Shown in pieces: positions 19,689 through 29,990 of a stretch of DNA of 64,000 bases. The first letter of the stretch is position 1. Each line of letters opens with the position of its first letter. Source of the DNA: a virus; IMG/VR virus record IMGVR_UViG_3300042923_001106, positions 96,001 through 160,000 of that record, one strand, 5' to 3'. The translations under genes were made by a program, and so were the position numbers. The notes beneath the pieces are model-generated. The model ran no database searches and was not told the DNA's origin. It saw nothing but the letters and a program-made list of their open reading frames with translations.

Positions 19689-20522
19689 ATTAAACTTGAT
19701 ATCACAGGACAAAAATTTGGGAAACTCACTGCAATTAAATATGTTGGCAAAGATAATCGACGTGGATCATTGTGGTTATGCGAATGTAATTGCGAACAAA
19801 AGACTCAAAAAATCTGCAAACTAGGCAAATTAAAAAGTGGAGGAGTTAAAAGTTGCGGTTGTTTAGGAACTAATAACACCCACAGCCTTTCTAATCATAG
19901 GCTATACAAGATTTGGAGCGGTATGAAGATTCGCTGTTATGACCGCAATGAACCTAATTATCCTAATTACGGAGGCAGGGGCATTAAAGTTTGTGATGAA
20001 TGGTTTAATAAAGAAAATGGTTTCATTAATTTTTATAATTGGGCAATAGAAAATGAATACCGAGGTGATCTATCAATTGATCGAATCGATGTTAACGGGA
20101 ACTATGAACCTTCGAATTGCAGATGGGCCACAAGGAAGGTCCAAGGAAATAATAAAAGAAACAATAGAGTAATAGAAATAAACGGAGAAGAAAAGACAAT
20201 AACTGAGTGGGCTGATGAATATAAGTTAAATCCTTCCACATTTATCCACAGAATAAAGCTAGGTATATCCGGAGACCTGTTGTTATCCCCTGCTGGCTCG
20301 GTTCCTAAAATACCTTCTCATACTCGCAAAATAGTTCAGTTAACATTAGATGGCAAATTCATAAGAGAATATAATTCTTCTATGGAGGCGGAGAGGGTGA
20401 ATGAAGGCGTGAGGGCAAATTGTATAACAAGAGCCTGTCAAGGAAAAATAAGACATCATAAAGGATATAGGTGGATTTATAAAGAAAACTATAATGCAAA
20501 GAATGAAAACGATGAGAATTAA
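19689..20522 (+). CDS. HNH endonuclease with C-terminal NUMOD1-like domain (probable ATT start)
   Basis: KLDITGQKFGKLTA...WLCECNC...SIDRIDVNGNYEPSNCRW; RKIVQLTLDGKFIREYNS. Confidence 0.9.
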   Translation: MKLDITGQKFGKLTAIKYVGKDNRRGSLWLCECNCEQKTQKICKLGKLKSGGVKSCGCLGTNNTHSLSNHRLYKIWSGMKIRCYDRNEPNYPNYGGRGIKVCDEWFNKENGFINFYNWAIENEYRGDLSIDRIDVNGNYEPSNCRWATRKVQGNNKRNNRVIEINGEEKTITEWADEYKLNPSTFIHRIKLGISGDLLLSPAGSVPKIPSHTRKIVQLTLDGKFIREYNSSMEAERVNEGVRANCITRACQGKIRHHKGYRWIYKENYNAKNENDEN

Positions 20523-20613
20523 TGAATTTTAAAAGTCCAGTTATGTATCTTGGAATCCAAGAGAGCCTTGAAAGATAAAGCTGATATATGGTCGAAAATA
20601 CATATATAACCGG

Positions 20614-20643
20614 TTGATATACGAACGTTTGTTCGATTATAAT
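20614..20643 (+). promoter_or_regulatory. SOS-inducible promoter with LexA (DinR) box
   Basis: TTGATA-18-TATAAT with CGAAC-GTTT-GTTCG at 20622-20635. Confidence 0.85.
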
Positions 20644-20668
20644 AAAGAAAAACCAGCAGGTGATACAT

Positions 20669-21052
20669 ATGACCAAACCGGTACAATCTGAGGAAGAACT
20701 CAGCCTTATAAAAGAATATGTCCTTTACTCTGTTATCATGGATACTATAGAGAAAGACATTGTAACAATGAAGGAAGTTAAACTGAAGATGGCAGAAGTA
20801 TACACTCGTTCGCTTCGAAAAGTACAGAATGCTGCAACCGAAAAACATTCTCGGGTTAGAAAAGAACTGAGGAATCGTGGAATCAAGGTTTATGAAGAAA
20901 TTCGAGACAGGGAACATCTTAAATCAAAATTTATTTGCCGAGGCTATCATGGCGAGTTGCTGATTTTGTGGAACGTAATAAAAGTTGAAGTTGAGGAGCG
21001 ACTATATACGTATATGGATATCGATCCAAATGAAGATACATTGATACCATGA
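20669..21052 (+). CDS. hypothetical protein, first gene of an SOS operon
   Basis: 127 aa, downstream of the LexA box. Confidence 0.75.
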   Translation: MTKPVQSEEELSLIKEYVLYSVIMDTIEKDIVTMKEVKLKMAEVYTRSLRKVQNAATEKHSRVRKELRNRGIKVYEEIRDREHLKSKFICRGYHGELLILWNVIKVEVEERLYTYMDIDPNEDTLIP

Positions 21053-21107
21053 ATTTATTTTCATGAAATATAATGGATAGATTTTTTATCCAAACGAGGT
21101 GAAAATC

Positions 21108-21443
21108 ATGATAAGCAAAAAACTTAGCGGTAATGGTTTATGGGAGTCCTCAAGAATGGTGCTTCCAGAACATAGGATCAGGATGTTTAAACATAATGAA
21201 GAAAGAGGGTACAAGGAAAAGCCAAGTTTGCATGAAGATGAGTTGGAGATGTTATTTCAGAATATAAATTACTCCATCAATCAAAGAGAAATAGTAAGCA
21301 TGACAGTATTCGGAGTAGGACAAGACCGGGTTATTAATGGTGTTGTTACGTACATCAATTATGACAAAAAGAAGCTGAGAATTGAATTTGATGATGGTTA
21401 TGAGTTTGTAGATTTTGATGAGATTATAAATGTGCGTATGTAA
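21108..21443 (+). CDS. YolD-like family protein
   Basis: GNGLWESSRMVLPEH...KPSLHEDELE. Confidence 0.85.
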   Translation: MISKKLSGNGLWESSRMVLPEHRIRMFKHNEERGYKEKPSLHEDELEMLFQNINYSINQREIVSMTVFGVGQDRVINGVVTYINYDKKKLRIEFDDGYEFVDFDEIINVRM

Positions 21444-21498
21444 TGCTCAATAATGGTCAATAAAAGAGACATTTTATTAGATGAAAGCGAGGTGAAAG

Positions 21499-21798
21499 AT
21501 GAAGTTAACATCTGATTTGATTTCACGAAGAAACAGTTACTCACTCTGGAAGTACGAAGATGCAGTTAAAGCAATTCATCATTGGGAGACGGATAAATAT
21601 CAGAGCGGTAGGTTATCTGTAAGTGAATGTAAGACATGCTACTATTTAAAGAATGGAGCAAGTTTACAAGCATTCACTAACTACATATGCAAGAACTGCA
21701 ATCAAGAAAAAAATCACCATGATTCTTCTACGCCAGATTATTGTCCTGATTGCTGTAAAGAACATAATGTTTGTCGAAGATGTGGAGCGGACGTTTGA
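21499..21798 (+). CDS. multi-CxxC zinc-finger protein
   Basis: CKTC, CKNC, CPDC, CRRC. Confidence 0.7.
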   Translation: MKLTSDLISRRNSYSLWKYEDAVKAIHHWETDKYQSGRLSVSECKTCYYLKNGASLQAFTNYICKNCNQEKNHHDSSTPDYCPDCCKEHNVCRRCGADV

Positions 21799-21843
21799 CT
21801 TGTCGTTTTACACGATTACCCAAGAAATAAGCGAGGTGATACT

Positions 21844-22071
21844 ATGTATCAACAATATGATGAGGAATATGATAAGCGTTATGAACTCGAAGCATATTTG
21901 GCTGTAGATGTTGCCGAAAATGGGGATCGTGCCAGAATTGCAAAGAATTACTTTAGCAAAAGCGAACTACCGGCGCTTGATAAAATTGCGACTAAACTAA
22001 AAGAAAATGGGTTTGACACCTTCGAGATTCGAGAGATTACTGAATTGAAACGAAGATACTCCATTATGTAA
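21844..22071 (+). CDS. hypothetical protein
   Basis: 75 aa. Confidence 0.6.
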   Translation: MYQQYDEEYDKRYELEAYLAVDVAENGDRARIAKNYFSKSELPALDKIATKLKENGFDTFEIREITELKRRYSIM

Positions 22072-22095
22072 AAGTATATAATAAATGATAATCCA

Positions 22096-22737
22096 TTGGT
22101 GAGAGGCGAAGGGTTTTTGACCAAAAACAAGGAATTGATTAACCGTAGGGCGTTTAAAGGGGAATTTTATGATGAGATTAACGATGGCATCAGTGAGAAA
22201 TATCAAGCAATATATCCTAATAGTAAAATAAGAGTTGAATACATCTTAGATAGAGAATTGTTCCTTTGGCAAGTGTATATTGACGGTCATACATATTCAG
22301 AAGACGGAAAAATTATCGAAGCATTAATTCATGTTGACACATTCAAGAATCTAACTGCAATTAAACTGTTCTCTTCAATAAGTTTGTCAGAGTATGAAGC
22401 AGAATACAATGATTATAGTGAAGATAATTATAAATTGTTGAGACAAGGTATCAATGATTTGGTGATGGAGTTTTCGGCCAAGGGAGTTATTTTTGAAGAG
22501 AACGAAGTAAGCACTGGAGGCTATCGAGTTGTTTTCTACCATCCTGAATTCAGCTCAAGAAATTCATACATGAGTTCTTGGGATAGGGAACGGATGAAGG
22601 AGAGTTTACACTATGATCTATACCGTAGTTCAAGTTATGGACATTTTAATGTGCAGCCAATTTCAAAAGCAACTGTAAAAAGTAAACTTAGCGATGTTAG
22701 GAGAAGTATTAAACGGTTACTTGAAAAGAAACAATAG
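22096..22737 (+). CDS. hypothetical protein
   Basis: about 210 aa. Confidence 0.7.
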   Translation: MVRGEGFLTKNKELINRRAFKGEFYDEINDGISEKYQAIYPNSKIRVEYILDRELFLWQVYIDGHTYSEDGKIIEALIHVDTFKNLTAIKLFSSISLSEYEAEYNDYSEDNYKLLRQGINDLVMEFSAKGVIFEENEVSTGGYRVVFYHPEFSSRNSYMSSWDRERMKESLHYDLYRSSSYGHFNVQPISKATVKSKLSDVRRSIKRLLEKKQ

Positions 22738-22767
22738 ACGATCCTTTCATTAACTTTGAGGTGAGGT

Positions 22768-22965
22768 ATGGATAGATTCATTCGTGTTATTTTTTTAAGT
22801 TTTCTTATGGTGCTATTTGAGGAACTTAGTGATCAAGCATATGAAAAAGGTCAAACTTGGTCTGGAATTTCTTTGTTTGCAATTGTATTATTTTTTGGTT
22901 ATTTGTTGCTATCAAGAGCATATCAAGATGGAAAGAAAGATGCTGAAAAGAAATCGAGGTGGTAA
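22768..22965 (+). CDS. small two-TM membrane protein
   Basis: two hydrophobic segments. Confidence 0.65.
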   Translation: MDRFIRVIFLSFLMVLFEELSDQAYEKGQTWSGISLFAIVLFFGYLLLSRAYQDGKKDAEKKSRW

Positions 22966-22966
22966 G

Positions 22967-23503
22967 ATGGCATCTGTTTTTTGCCAGTATTGTAAGGTAA
23001 AAGACGAGAAGAATTTGATGAAAAGAGGAATCACAAAAACCGGCTATATACATAACACTTGTATTCCTCGATGGGAGAAAGATCAGGAATATAAGAAAAT
23101 AGAAAATGAACAATGGAGTTCACTTTATGAGTATCTTCGCTCCCTACATAATGCCCTAGATATTCCTCCACGAAATATTAAACGACTTAGAGAAATTAAA
23201 GAAAATAAAAATATTTCATATAAATTAATGATTGATGCATATAAAGTTGCAGAAGATAAAATTAAGTGGTTTATTCGCGAAGTACTTCAGGACGGGAACA
23301 ATGCAGAAGATATAAATAAGGTAATAACGGTTATGATGAATTCAGGGTTGAATCAAGCGGCAAGAGAAGAACAAATGAGAAAAAGGCAGCAACAAGAAAA
23401 AGAAAAACTGATGGCACAGGAGACAAGTAACGATATGTCTCATGATAATTTAATAAATAAAAAAAATACAAAAGATATACTGGATATATCGGAGTTTCTT
23501 TAA
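22967..23503 (+). CDS. zinc-finger replication protein (YorH-like, putative helicase loader)
   Basis: CQYC...HNTC; directly upstream of the helicase. Confidence 0.6.
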   Translation: MASVFCQYCKVKDEKNLMKRGITKTGYIHNTCIPRWEKDQEYKKIENEQWSSLYEYLRSLHNALDIPPRNIKRLREIKENKNISYKLMIDAYKVAEDKIKWFIREVLQDGNNAEDINKVITVMMNSGLNQAAREEQMRKRQQQEKEKLMAQETSNDMSHDNLINKKNTKDILDISEFL

Positions 23504-23522
23504 TGCTCAGGAGGGGTAAGTT

Positions 23523-25019
23523 ATCGCAGAATATATCAAAGAGTTTGTTGACCCGTCTGGAGTTCATGAATCCTTATTCGTAGGGTATTTATGGAAAACT
23601 CCAAGTCTATACTCTAAATATAAAGTCCATAAAACAGAGAAGGACACATTTACAAAACCAGTATGGTATTTTTACTATTATATAGGAAAAGAAATGTATG
23701 AGAATGGTATGCGTACTTTTGACGACGCTTCTGTTTATTCATATCTTACTTCGAAGCCGAAAGAAAATGGAAAAAAATCATACTTTGAATATTACAACGA
23801 ACACGGTGGATGGTCCACTATTGAAGAGATCTTAAATGAATGTGATCCAGATAAAGGGAATGTAGACTATCATTTTAGTGAAGTTCAAAAATATGAAAGT
23901 TTGCGTATGTTTCAAAAGGAAGGCTTTATCAATGTACTGAGTTCGGATTTGATCAGCAAATTAACAAACATGAATCTGATCCAACTACAGCAATTCATGC
24001 AACTCAAGGTTAAGTCTGGATTCTCACAAGTGAATTCTGGGGAAATAGTTATCTCGTATTTGGGCGATGATCTAAGTGAGACCATTAAAGAATTAAAAAA
24101 TGGAGAACAGGCAGGAATTCCTTTATTTGAATCACCAAGACTCAATAGAAAAATAAACGGACAAAAACTAGGGAATTTAAATTACTTGATATTGCCTTCA
24201 GGTGTAGGTAAATCAAGTATATTGACAGAGAAAGCGGTAATGAGTCTATATGAAAATGACGAAAAAGGAATCATTTTTGCTAACGAGGAGGGGATAAAAC
24301 GTTGGAGATCCAGACTGCTTGTTACTGTGGCAGCAAGGGTATTAAAAAAGCCGGTCGCAAGAGACGTTGTTAATCGAGGATTTGGTGACGAGGTTGAGGC
24401 GATTCTGCATGAAGCAAGAGAATGGATTGAATCGCATCGAAAAGAGAACATACTCTTTATCAATCTAAAGAAATATAGAATCCAAGACGTAATAAGTAAT
24501 ATTGAATTGTATAGGCCAAAGGGATACAAACACATATATTTTGATACTTTTAAACCTGATTTAACGCAGCAGATTGAAAGATGGTTGGCATTTTCTAATT
24601 CAGCGCAATATTTGTATGACACTATAAAAGACGATGCCTACAATTGTCATTGTCTAGCTACTGTACAATTAAAAATTGGTAAAGAATTTAGATACATTGA
24701 TCTTGATTGTATCGGAAAATCGGTCGAAATCTCAGAGGTCGGTGCTGTAATAATGGCCGGACGCTTAATGTTTGATGATGAATATAAAGTAGAAGGACAC
24801 AAAAACAGGCTTAATCCGTACAATTGGGAGAAGGATGAACTCAACGGAAAGTGGTTTAAGAAAGAGTATAGACTTGATCCAGAGAAAAAATATCTAATTC
24901 TCTTCCTGCCAAAAAATCGTGAAGGGAGTGAAGATGAGCAGATCATCTTTGAAGTGAATTATGATTTTAACATATGGAGAGAAGTATCTCTAGTCCAAGT
25001 ACCAAACAATGGAAGGTAA
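23523..25019 (+). CDS. dnaB: DnaB-like replicative helicase (YorI-like; probable ATC start)
   Basis: LPSGVGKSS Walker A, YFDTFK, TVQL, PKNREG; 57 further in-frame codons upstream of ATG 23694 behind a strong SD. Confidence 0.88.
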   Translation: MAEYIKEFVDPSGVHESLFVGYLWKTPSLYSKYKVHKTEKDTFTKPVWYFYYYIGKEMYENGMRTFDDASVYSYLTSKPKENGKKSYFEYYNEHGGWSTIEEILNECDPDKGNVDYHFSEVQKYESLRMFQKEGFINVLSSDLISKLTNMNLIQLQQFMQLKVKSGFSQVNSGEIVISYLGDDLSETIKELKNGEQAGIPLFESPRLNRKINGQKLGNLNYLILPSGVGKSSILTEKAVMSLYENDEKGIIFANEEGIKRWRSRLLVTVAARVLKKPVARDVVNRGFGDEVEAILHEAREWIESHRKENILFINLKKYRIQDVISNIELYRPKGYKHIYFDTFKPDLTQQIERWLAFSNSAQYLYDTIKDDAYNCHCLATVQLKIGKEFRYIDLDCIGKSVEISEVGAVIMAGRLMFDDEYKVEGHKNRLNPYNWEKDELNGKWFKKEYRLDPEKKYLILFLPKNREGSEDEQIIFEVNYDFNIWREVSLVQVPNNGR

Positions 25020-25036
25020 TCCTCTAAGGGAGGAGC

Positions 25037-26116
25037 ATGATGAGTGATGTTCTAACAGAAATAAGAAAAAAATTGTTACAAGATGACAATATACATACAT
25101 TGCTTGAAAAGGCAGAGTGTGAAAATATAAAACGTCGAAGCAACAGGTATGAAGCAACGTTGCCAAGCAGGTTTAATTCAGATAACGATAGAGCCGTGCA
25201 AGTGTATTTAAATGAATCAATAACCTGTAAAATAAGAAGTCGAACCTTTTTAGGAAAAGGTATTTATGACTTAATTTCATATATTGTATTTGGATGTATA
25301 GAAATAAAAGAAATAAATAAATGCCTTCCGAAATCAAAAAGATGGATTTGTGAGCAATTGGGTTTTTTTGAGTATCTAAATAACTCATGGTATCATGAAA
25401 AGCCAAAGGAAGACCCGTTAAAATGGTTAAAAGATTTAAAGAGGAAACGAAACAAGGAAATTAAGATAATTGAAAATACCGTGCTAGATGATACTGTATT
25501 TAATCAGTACATTATGTATCCTTACATTAATTATTTGAAAGAAGGCATCGACTATAACACGCAGCTCGAGTTTCAAATCGGTCTTGACCTAGTTAGTGAA
25601 CGCGTAATCTTTCCTATACATAATAAATACGGAGACTTGATTGGAATAAAGGGTAGAACTCTAGATCCAGATTACAAAACTAAAAAAATCCCGAAGTTTA
25701 TGCATTTATATAATGTAAATATGATTTCCGAGCTGTACAACTGGCATCGCGCGCTTTACTACATAATGGAGCAGAAAGAAATCATATTTTACGAAGCTGA
25801 AAAAACTTGCTGGCTAAGTACTCAATGGGGATATAGAAATTGCGTTGCTTTGGGGAGCAGTGAGATAACCGAGTGGCATGTCCAGATGGTCAAGGAACTT
25901 GGCTTAGATATCCGAATCGTGTTGGGTTACGACAAAGATAAGGAAGCAAAGGAAATAAAGGAAGCAGCTAAGATGTTTGGATTCACTCACTCAATCAACG
26001 TTATGTGGGATGGGAGGAATGCATTTTCTGCAGAGAAGAAGCACTCTCCAACGGATTTAGGCAAAGATGCATTTGACCAACTATACAATGACAGGTATAA
26101 ATACAAAATAACATGA
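25037..26116 (+). CDS. DNA primase (TOPRIM, YorJ-like)
   Basis: RVIFPIHN..G.LIGIKGRT; FYEAEK; LGYDKD. Confidence 0.85.
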   Translation: MMSDVLTEIRKKLLQDDNIHTLLEKAECENIKRRSNRYEATLPSRFNSDNDRAVQVYLNESITCKIRSRTFLGKGIYDLISYIVFGCIEIKEINKCLPKSKRWICEQLGFFEYLNNSWYHEKPKEDPLKWLKDLKRKRNKEIKIIENTVLDDTVFNQYIMYPYINYLKEGIDYNTQLEFQIGLDLVSERVIFPIHNKYGDLIGIKGRTLDPDYKTKKIPKFMHLYNVNMISELYNWHRALYYIMEQKEIIFYEAEKTCWLSTQWGYRNCVALGSSEITEWHVQMVKELGLDIRIVLGYDKDKEAKEIKEAAKMFGFTHSINVMWDGRNAFSAEKKHSPTDLGKDAFDQLYNDRYKYKIT

Positions 26117-26145
26117 CAAATAAAATCGATATTTCATTCAATGGT

Positions 26146-26185
26146 AGCAAGCACAACTTGGAAAATAGTGCTTGCTATTCTTTGT
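26146..26185 (+). terminator. stem-loop terminator
   Basis: AGCAAGCAC...GTGCTTGCT then T-rich tract. Confidence 0.55.
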
Positions 26186-26378
26186 ATCTTGATATAAAAT
26201 AAAAGTATGAAATAAACTAATTGATGAGGAGGCGGACTAAATATTCGATGTTTGTCTGGTGGATCATTGGAATATGTATTTACTTCTGTTTAGTAGTACT
26301 TATCGCAAAATGCTGTGGAGGAAATACAACTTTCGATTATAAAATAAAACATAATAATACATATGGGGAGAATGAGCG

Positions 26379-26711
26379 ATGAAGTTGTATCAATTGGGCA
26401 AAGGGGTATATAAAACTTACCGGGAAACAGTTAAAGGGAATCAAAATATCACTCCACAACAAGCACAAAAGAAATTGACTCGAAACATTATACTGGCTTT
26501 TAAAGTTTCAAAAAGCAATAATGAAAATTTAAAGCAACGGTACTTCTATGGTAACTTGCACATACTCGTAGTTGGAAATAAAATCGTCTGGATCAAAAAT
26601 ATTAAGCAGAATGGCAACTGGTTTTATAAGGATCAGAAAAAGTATGATGAATTGAATGTGCTGCTTGGTATTGAAAATGATTCTGAAACTATTAATCAAA
26701 GAGTCAGTTAA
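26379..26711 (+). CDS. hypothetical phage protein
   Basis: 110 aa, SD GGGGAG. Confidence 0.7.
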   Translation: MKLYQLGKGVYKTYRETVKGNQNITPQQAQKKLTRNIILAFKVSKSNNENLKQRYFYGNLHILVVGNKIVWIKNIKQNGNWFYKDQKKYDELNVLLGIENDSETINQRVS

Positions 26712-26726
26712 TAAGAGGGAGAAAAC

Positions 26727-26957
26727 ATGAGTGAGGCACTAAAAAATGCCCTATACGATGTAGTAGAAAAAGCAAAGAAATACGATGCGATTATACATCT
26801 TAGAAAAAATGGAGAAATCCATTGTGATTTTTGCGGTAAGTGTCAATGCGATGTTAAGAAGTTAGTAGCTGGACCAAGAGTTTTTATTTGCGACGAATGC
26901 ATAGAACTATGTGTTGAAGTTATTAAAGAAGAGAAAGTGAATGAGGAAGACAAATAA
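26727..26957 (+). CDS. stand-alone ClpX C4-type zinc-finger protein
   Basis: CDFCGK...[24 protein letters not shown]. Confidence 0.88.
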   Translation: MSEALKNALYDVVEKAKKYDAIIHLRKNGEIHCDFCGKCQCDVKKLVAGPRVFICDECIELCVEVIKEEKVNEEDK

Positions 26958-26999
26958 AATTATGCTTTCATTGAAGAAAGGGGCGCCTATTGGAAAAAT

Positions 27000-27434
27000 A
27001 TGAGGGATACAAGGGAAATTAAATTCCGGGGACGCCGAATTTGCAATGGTGAGTGGGTATACGGTTGGTTGTATTCAATCGTTCCATATGGAAATCCTCA
27101 TGAGCGTGGTTTTATGATCAAAGAGGATATAGGAGACGATTATGAGGTCGATCCCGAATCAGTAGGTCAATATAGCGGCGTTAACGATGACGACAAGGAT
27201 GAAGAGTTATTTTCTGGAGACATCATACAGGTGGGATACGACGGCGAAACGATTGTCTGTGAAGTGATGAGAGAAGGTCCGGGATTCTTGCTGGCATCAG
27301 GCGAATTTGATGACGGATATATCTGGATCAGTGAAATAGTAGAATCGCTTGATGGCAAGTTTTATATACCTGATTCGGAATTGTTGGGAAATCGCTGGGA
27401 GCATCCTCATCTATTAGGAGGGAACCAAGCATGA
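27000..27434 (+). CDS. YopX family protein
   Basis: REIKFRG...WVYG...VDPESVGQYSG...GNRWEHPHLL. Confidence 0.88.
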   Translation: MRDTREIKFRGRRICNGEWVYGWLYSIVPYGNPHERGFMIKEDIGDDYEVDPESVGQYSGVNDDDKDEELFSGDIIQVGYDGETIVCEVMREGPGFLLASGEFDDGYIWISEIVESLDGKFYIPDSELLGNRWEHPHLLGGNQA

Positions 27435-27817
27435 GGATAGACGATATGAAGCCGGGACCGGAATTGAATGCGGAATTTGCGAAAGCACTCGGAAAGCCGA
27501 ATTTGCGCAAATATAACCACTGCTATGTTTGGGACAATGTGGGGTACGTCAACGGAAAACCAGTTGGATCAGTAATGGGAACGATCGATGTTCCAGAATA
27601 CTCCACAACATGGGACGGAATGAGCGAAGTTGTTGGGGAGATGCAACGACGGGGATACAGATATTTGCTCCATGACACTCATAACGGCATATCGCTTGCG
27701 CAGTTTCAAAAATATAATGCAGAATACGAACTGACTGGGTTCGGCAGGAGTGAAGGAAAAACGGCCCCTCACGCTGTAACGTTGGCAGCTATTAGGGCTC
27801 TACAAGGGGAGCAATAA
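27431..27817 (+). CDS. phage ABA-sandwich-like protein
   Basis: PEYSTTW...V.EM...TAPHAVTLAAIRAL. Confidence 0.65.
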   Translation: MRIDDMKPGPELNAEFAKALGKPNLRKYNHCYVWDNVGYVNGKPVGSVMGTIDVPEYSTTWDGMSEVVGEMQRRGYRYLLHDTHNGISLAQFQKYNAEYELTGFGRSEGKTAPHAVTLAAIRALQGEQ

Positions 27818-27821
27818 ACGT

Positions 27822-27998
27822 ATGAAGACGCTATGTACACGTTGTAAAAAGCCGGTTTATAAAAATCGAAACCACTGGACAGATGTACACGGAAATCGCA
27901 AGCATATTCGCTGCCAAAAAGAAGAAGAACAGGAGCGCCGTGAACGAGATAAAAGAACATCTCGCATGGAGGCTCTACAAGGGGAGGATACCCAATGA
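27822..27998 (+). CDS. 58-aa zinc-finger peptide (absent from ORF track)
   Basis: MKTLCTRCKKPV...HIRC...EALQGEDTQ. Confidence 0.6.
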   Translation: MKTLCTRCKKPVYKNRNHWTDVHGNRKHIRCQKEEEQERRERDKRTSRMEALQGEDTQ

Positions 27999-28222
27999 GT
28001 AAAAAAGGCGGAGATATACTTTGTGATCTCTGGAGCCGAGTCGATCAAGCGGATTTTGACACCATGATTACGGAAGCATTCAAGAAGATTCCTACGAAAA
28101 TCCAAAAGAAATTCATTGCAGAAATTCTTGAAAATAATATTTGGGATTTGAACGGAAAGCCTGATGATAGAACTTTATCCGAGTGCTGGGAATTTGTTGA
28201 TGCAGGGGAGGATACCCGATGA
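27995..28222 (+). CDS. cassette gene, hypothetical
   Basis: 75 aa ending GEDTR. Confidence 0.65.
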   Translation: MSKKGGDILCDLWSRVDQADFDTMITEAFKKIPTKIQKKFIAEILENNIWDLNGKPDDRTLSECWEFVDAGEDTR

Positions 28223-28416
28223 ATAACTGTGGAGTATGCAATCATCACTTAGACATCAACCATGCCCAATTAAGACGATTCGAATTGGATGGGACTCTTA
28301 CGCCGTACCATATGGGTTGTGAGGGTGAGGCGCGGAAACTTAAGCCTTGTGTAGACTGCGGCCAACATCGACTATTATGCAGCGATTGTGCAGAGGTAGG
28401 GGAGGATACCCAATGA
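28219..28416 (+). CDS. cassette gene, Cys-rich
   Basis: 65 aa ending GEDTQ. Confidence 0.65.
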   Translation: MNNCGVCNHHLDINHAQLRRFELDGTLTPYHMGCEGEARKLKPCVDCGQHRLLCSDCAEVGEDTQ

Positions 28417-28610
28417 ATATTATACCAATCATCAGAAATGAAAGAGGTAGCCTGACGCTTAATAGGGCTGATTTGGATATCATCATTGGTCAGATTATTG
28501 ATATATGCAGAACAGAAAAGGAACTGGAATGGGTTCAAGATCAATTAATAGGCTGCATTGAATCCATGGTGGAAGGAAAATTGGAAGAGTTGGAGGATAC
28601 CCAACCATGA
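28413..28610 (+). CDS. cassette gene, hypothetical
   Basis: ends LEDTQP. Confidence 0.6.
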   Translation: MNIIPIIRNERGSLTLNRADLDIIIGQIIDICRTEKELEWVQDQLIGCIESMVEGKLEELEDTQP

Positions 28611-28810
28611 AATACGCGATAAAGTTCCAAGGCGAATATATGCGCCAAAGATACGGATCAGATTGCTTTACCGACGATCTTGGTTTCGCTGTCCTATTCG
28701 ATTCTCGGGAAGAAGCTGTATCCGAACTTTTCGGTGATGAGCATGTCGTTGAAATACAAGAAGACGAAGAAGGCGGAATCTGGGAGGATACAGCAAATGG
28801 AATGGATTAA
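28607..28810 (+). CDS. cassette gene, acidic
   Basis: 67 aa. Confidence 0.6.
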   Translation: MKYAIKFQGEYMRQRYGSDCFTDDLGFAVLFDSREEAVSELFGDEHVVEIQEDEEGGIWEDTANGMD

Positions 28811-29114
28811 TTGCAGCGACAGAATGCCGGAACCGGCTCAACGTGTACTTGCAGTATTCCCAACAGGGTATAAGGGTGTCAGGCATATTTCCTTAGTCAT
28901 TTACGTTCCGGCCAAATCAGTAAAGGCGGAAGATTTGTGGGACGACGACAGTGATTGTGTTGAATACGACGAAGAGAAGGATTGCTTCTACGTCGAAGAA
29001 GGTTGGTATGAATCGTCTTACGAGTCGGAAAAGGATTGGCGTTTGAATTACGAGGTAACTCACTGGATGCCATTACCTCATGTTCCAGTGGCACAAGGGG
29101 AGGATAAAGGGTGA
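28797..29114 (+). CDS. DUF551-like protein
   Basis: MEWINCSDRMPE...VTHWMPLP. Confidence 0.85.
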   Translation: MEWINCSDRMPEPAQRVLAVFPTGYKGVRHISLVIYVPAKSVKAEDLWDDDSDCVEYDEEKDCFYVEEGWYESSYESEKDWRLNYEVTHWMPLPHVPVAQGEDKG

Positions 29115-29371
29115 AACAGCCAAACATAAAAATATTCGGAAAAACTCATAAAGTCGTTCAAATCGAATTTAACGACGATGGCTTAATCCAAAAGATCATA
29201 TATAAGGCAAATCAACACAATAACAGAATAGTATTCCGACGAGACGATATGGTGGATGAATCGCTCGTACGGAAATACAAAATCCACGAGCCAACAAATC
29301 ATCCATACCACAACTATGCTCATGCGCCTGATCTGGAGTCTTTATTGGTACAAGGGGAGGATACCCAATGA
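29111..29371 (+). CDS. cassette gene, hypothetical
   Basis: 86 aa ending QGEDTQ. Confidence 0.7.
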   Translation: MKQPNIKIFGKTHKVVQIEFNDDGLIQKIIYKANQHNNRIVFRRDDMVDESLVRKYKIHEPTNHPYHNYAHAPDLESLLVQGEDTQ

Positions 29372-29659
29372 AGCGTGAACTGATTATATCCGGTTCGGTA
29401 GAAAAATGTTGGGCTTGCAAGGGTCGAGGATATTCGGGATCTGAAAACCATCCCGAATGCGTAGTTTGTAGTGGATATGGTTGGTTGCCGAAGGGAGAAG
29501 AAGATGCCGAGACGCCATCCAGATGAAGTTAAGCAAAAATGCGGACGATGCAGCCGAGAGAGATACGAACTCGTTAAATGTGGCGGAATATATGTATGTT
29601 GGAACTGCTGCAACTACCTAAAAAAGTCGGGGGATGATACCCATGGAACCAGTAAGTAA
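29368..29659 (+). CDS. two overlapping Cys-rich mini-ORFs (29368..29526; 29504..29659)
   Basis: CWACKGRG...CVVCSGYG; CGRC...CWNC. Confidence 0.55.
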
Positions 29660-29990
29660 TGCTGATAAGTTGAGAGATAAAGCACCGGAAGATATAGACG
29701 ATGTCCTATCCGAACTCGAAGACTTGAGCAAATTTTGGAAAGAGGCAATGAGGGAGCAAGCCGAGGAATATATTGAATCTCTCCAATCCATACAGCAGGA
29801 AAGGGATAAACTGCTTCGCAAACTGAACTATAAAGACTTGATTATCTCAAATGCGGTGGAATTAGTTGAGGATCGAGAAAAAGTGCTTTCGGAATTGCGA
29901 CCATTCGTTTCACCAGAGCATCAAAAATTAATAGATTCAGTGGTGGACAACGGGAGTTTCAATGTCGGAGTAGGGGAGGAAAGGACATGA
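29643..29990 (+). CDS. cassette gene, coiled-coil
   Basis: ends GEERT. Confidence 0.6.
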   Translation: MEPVSNADKLRDKAPEDIDDVLSELEDLSKFWKEAMREQAEEYIESLQSIQQERDKLLRKLNYKDLIISNAVELVEDREKVLSELRPFVSPEHQKLIDSVVDNGSFNVGVGEERT

